From a virus (taxonomy: Monodnaviria > Loebvirae > Hofneiviricota > Faserviricetes > Tubulavirales > Inoviridae): a stretch of 8,282 bases of DNA. Positions 1 to 8,282 of this stretch are shown in pieces. The DNA lies in the IMG/VR virus record IMGVR_UViG_2579778929_000001, positions 1 to 8,282 of that record; one strand, written 5' to 3'. Position 1 is the first letter of the stretch; each line of letters begins with the position of its first letter. A model generated the notes under the pieces. It had not been told where the DNA came from, searched no databases, and saw only the letters and a list, made by a program, of their open reading frames with translations. The position numbers and the translations under genes were made by a program.

Positions 1-523
<523 letters not shown>

Positions 524-529
524 ATAAAA

Positions 530-560
530 GCCAGTTATAAAACAACTGGCTTTTATTTTA
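530..560. terminator. bidirectional rho-independent terminator between convergent genes
   Basis: Inverted repeat GCCAGTT (530-536) / AACTGGC (544-550) with 7-nt loop, followed by TTTTATTTTA on the plus strand and preceded by an A-rich run (a T-run on the minus strand). Sits between the stop of the plus-strand gene (515) and the stop of minus-strand gIV (581). Confidence 0.55.
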
Positions 561-579
561 CTGGCTATATCTTTGAGAC

Positions 580-1936
<1,357 letters not shown>

Positions 1937-1960
1937 GATAAACCTGTCTGGCAGTTGAGA

Positions 1961-2925
<965 letters not shown>

Positions 2926-2949
2926 CTCACGCCTTGCGTCGCTCGTCTC

Positions 2950-3129
<180 letters not shown>

Positions 3130-3167
3130 AACTCATCACGTGCAGACAACATCATCAATAGCCCCTG

Positions 3168-7209
<4,042 letters not shown>

Positions 7210-7210
7210 C

Positions 7211-7234
7211 TAAAAAGGCGCCCCGAAAGACGCC
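7211..7234 (-). terminator. rho-independent terminator between gVIII and gIII
   Basis: Minus strand reads GGCGTC-TTTCGG-GGCGCC (7234..7217) then TTTTTA (7216..7211). About 7-bp stem including two G-U pairs with a UUCG-type loop, followed by a U-run, immediately after the gVIII stop and before the gIII RBS. Same position as the well-known M13 gVIII-gIII terminator. Confidence 0.5.
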
Positions 7235-7245
7235 ATAACATAATA

Positions 7246-8282
<1,037 letters not shown>

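Overview
The window reads as the morphogenesis/assembly half of an Ff-like (M13/IKe-type) filamentous phage (inovirus), all encoded on the minus strand. In order from high to low coordinates: an unidentified 145-aa protein, a small hydrophobic minor-coat-like protein, a pVIII-like major coat protein, an intrinsic terminator, a pIII-like adsorption protein with a Gly-rich linker, a pVI-like protein, a pI/Zot-like assembly NTPase with clear similarity to M13 pI, then pIV secretin followed by a bidirectional terminator. Two things break the canonical gI-gIV adjacency: a TraX-family-like polytopic membrane protein gene directly downstream of gI, and a GC-rich non-coding array of three tandem ~335-340 bp repeats directly upstream of gIV. 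Each repeat carries a segment that, from memory, resembles the ColE1/pMB1 plasmid region just downstream of the origin, plus short hairpins. Positions 1-560 are strongly AT-rich and carry a convergent plus-strand pair of small genes with strong Shine-Dalgarno sequences. No replication initiator (gII), integrase, rRNA/tRNA or CRISPR array is visible. All calls rest on reading the sequence and recalled family features; no database search was run.
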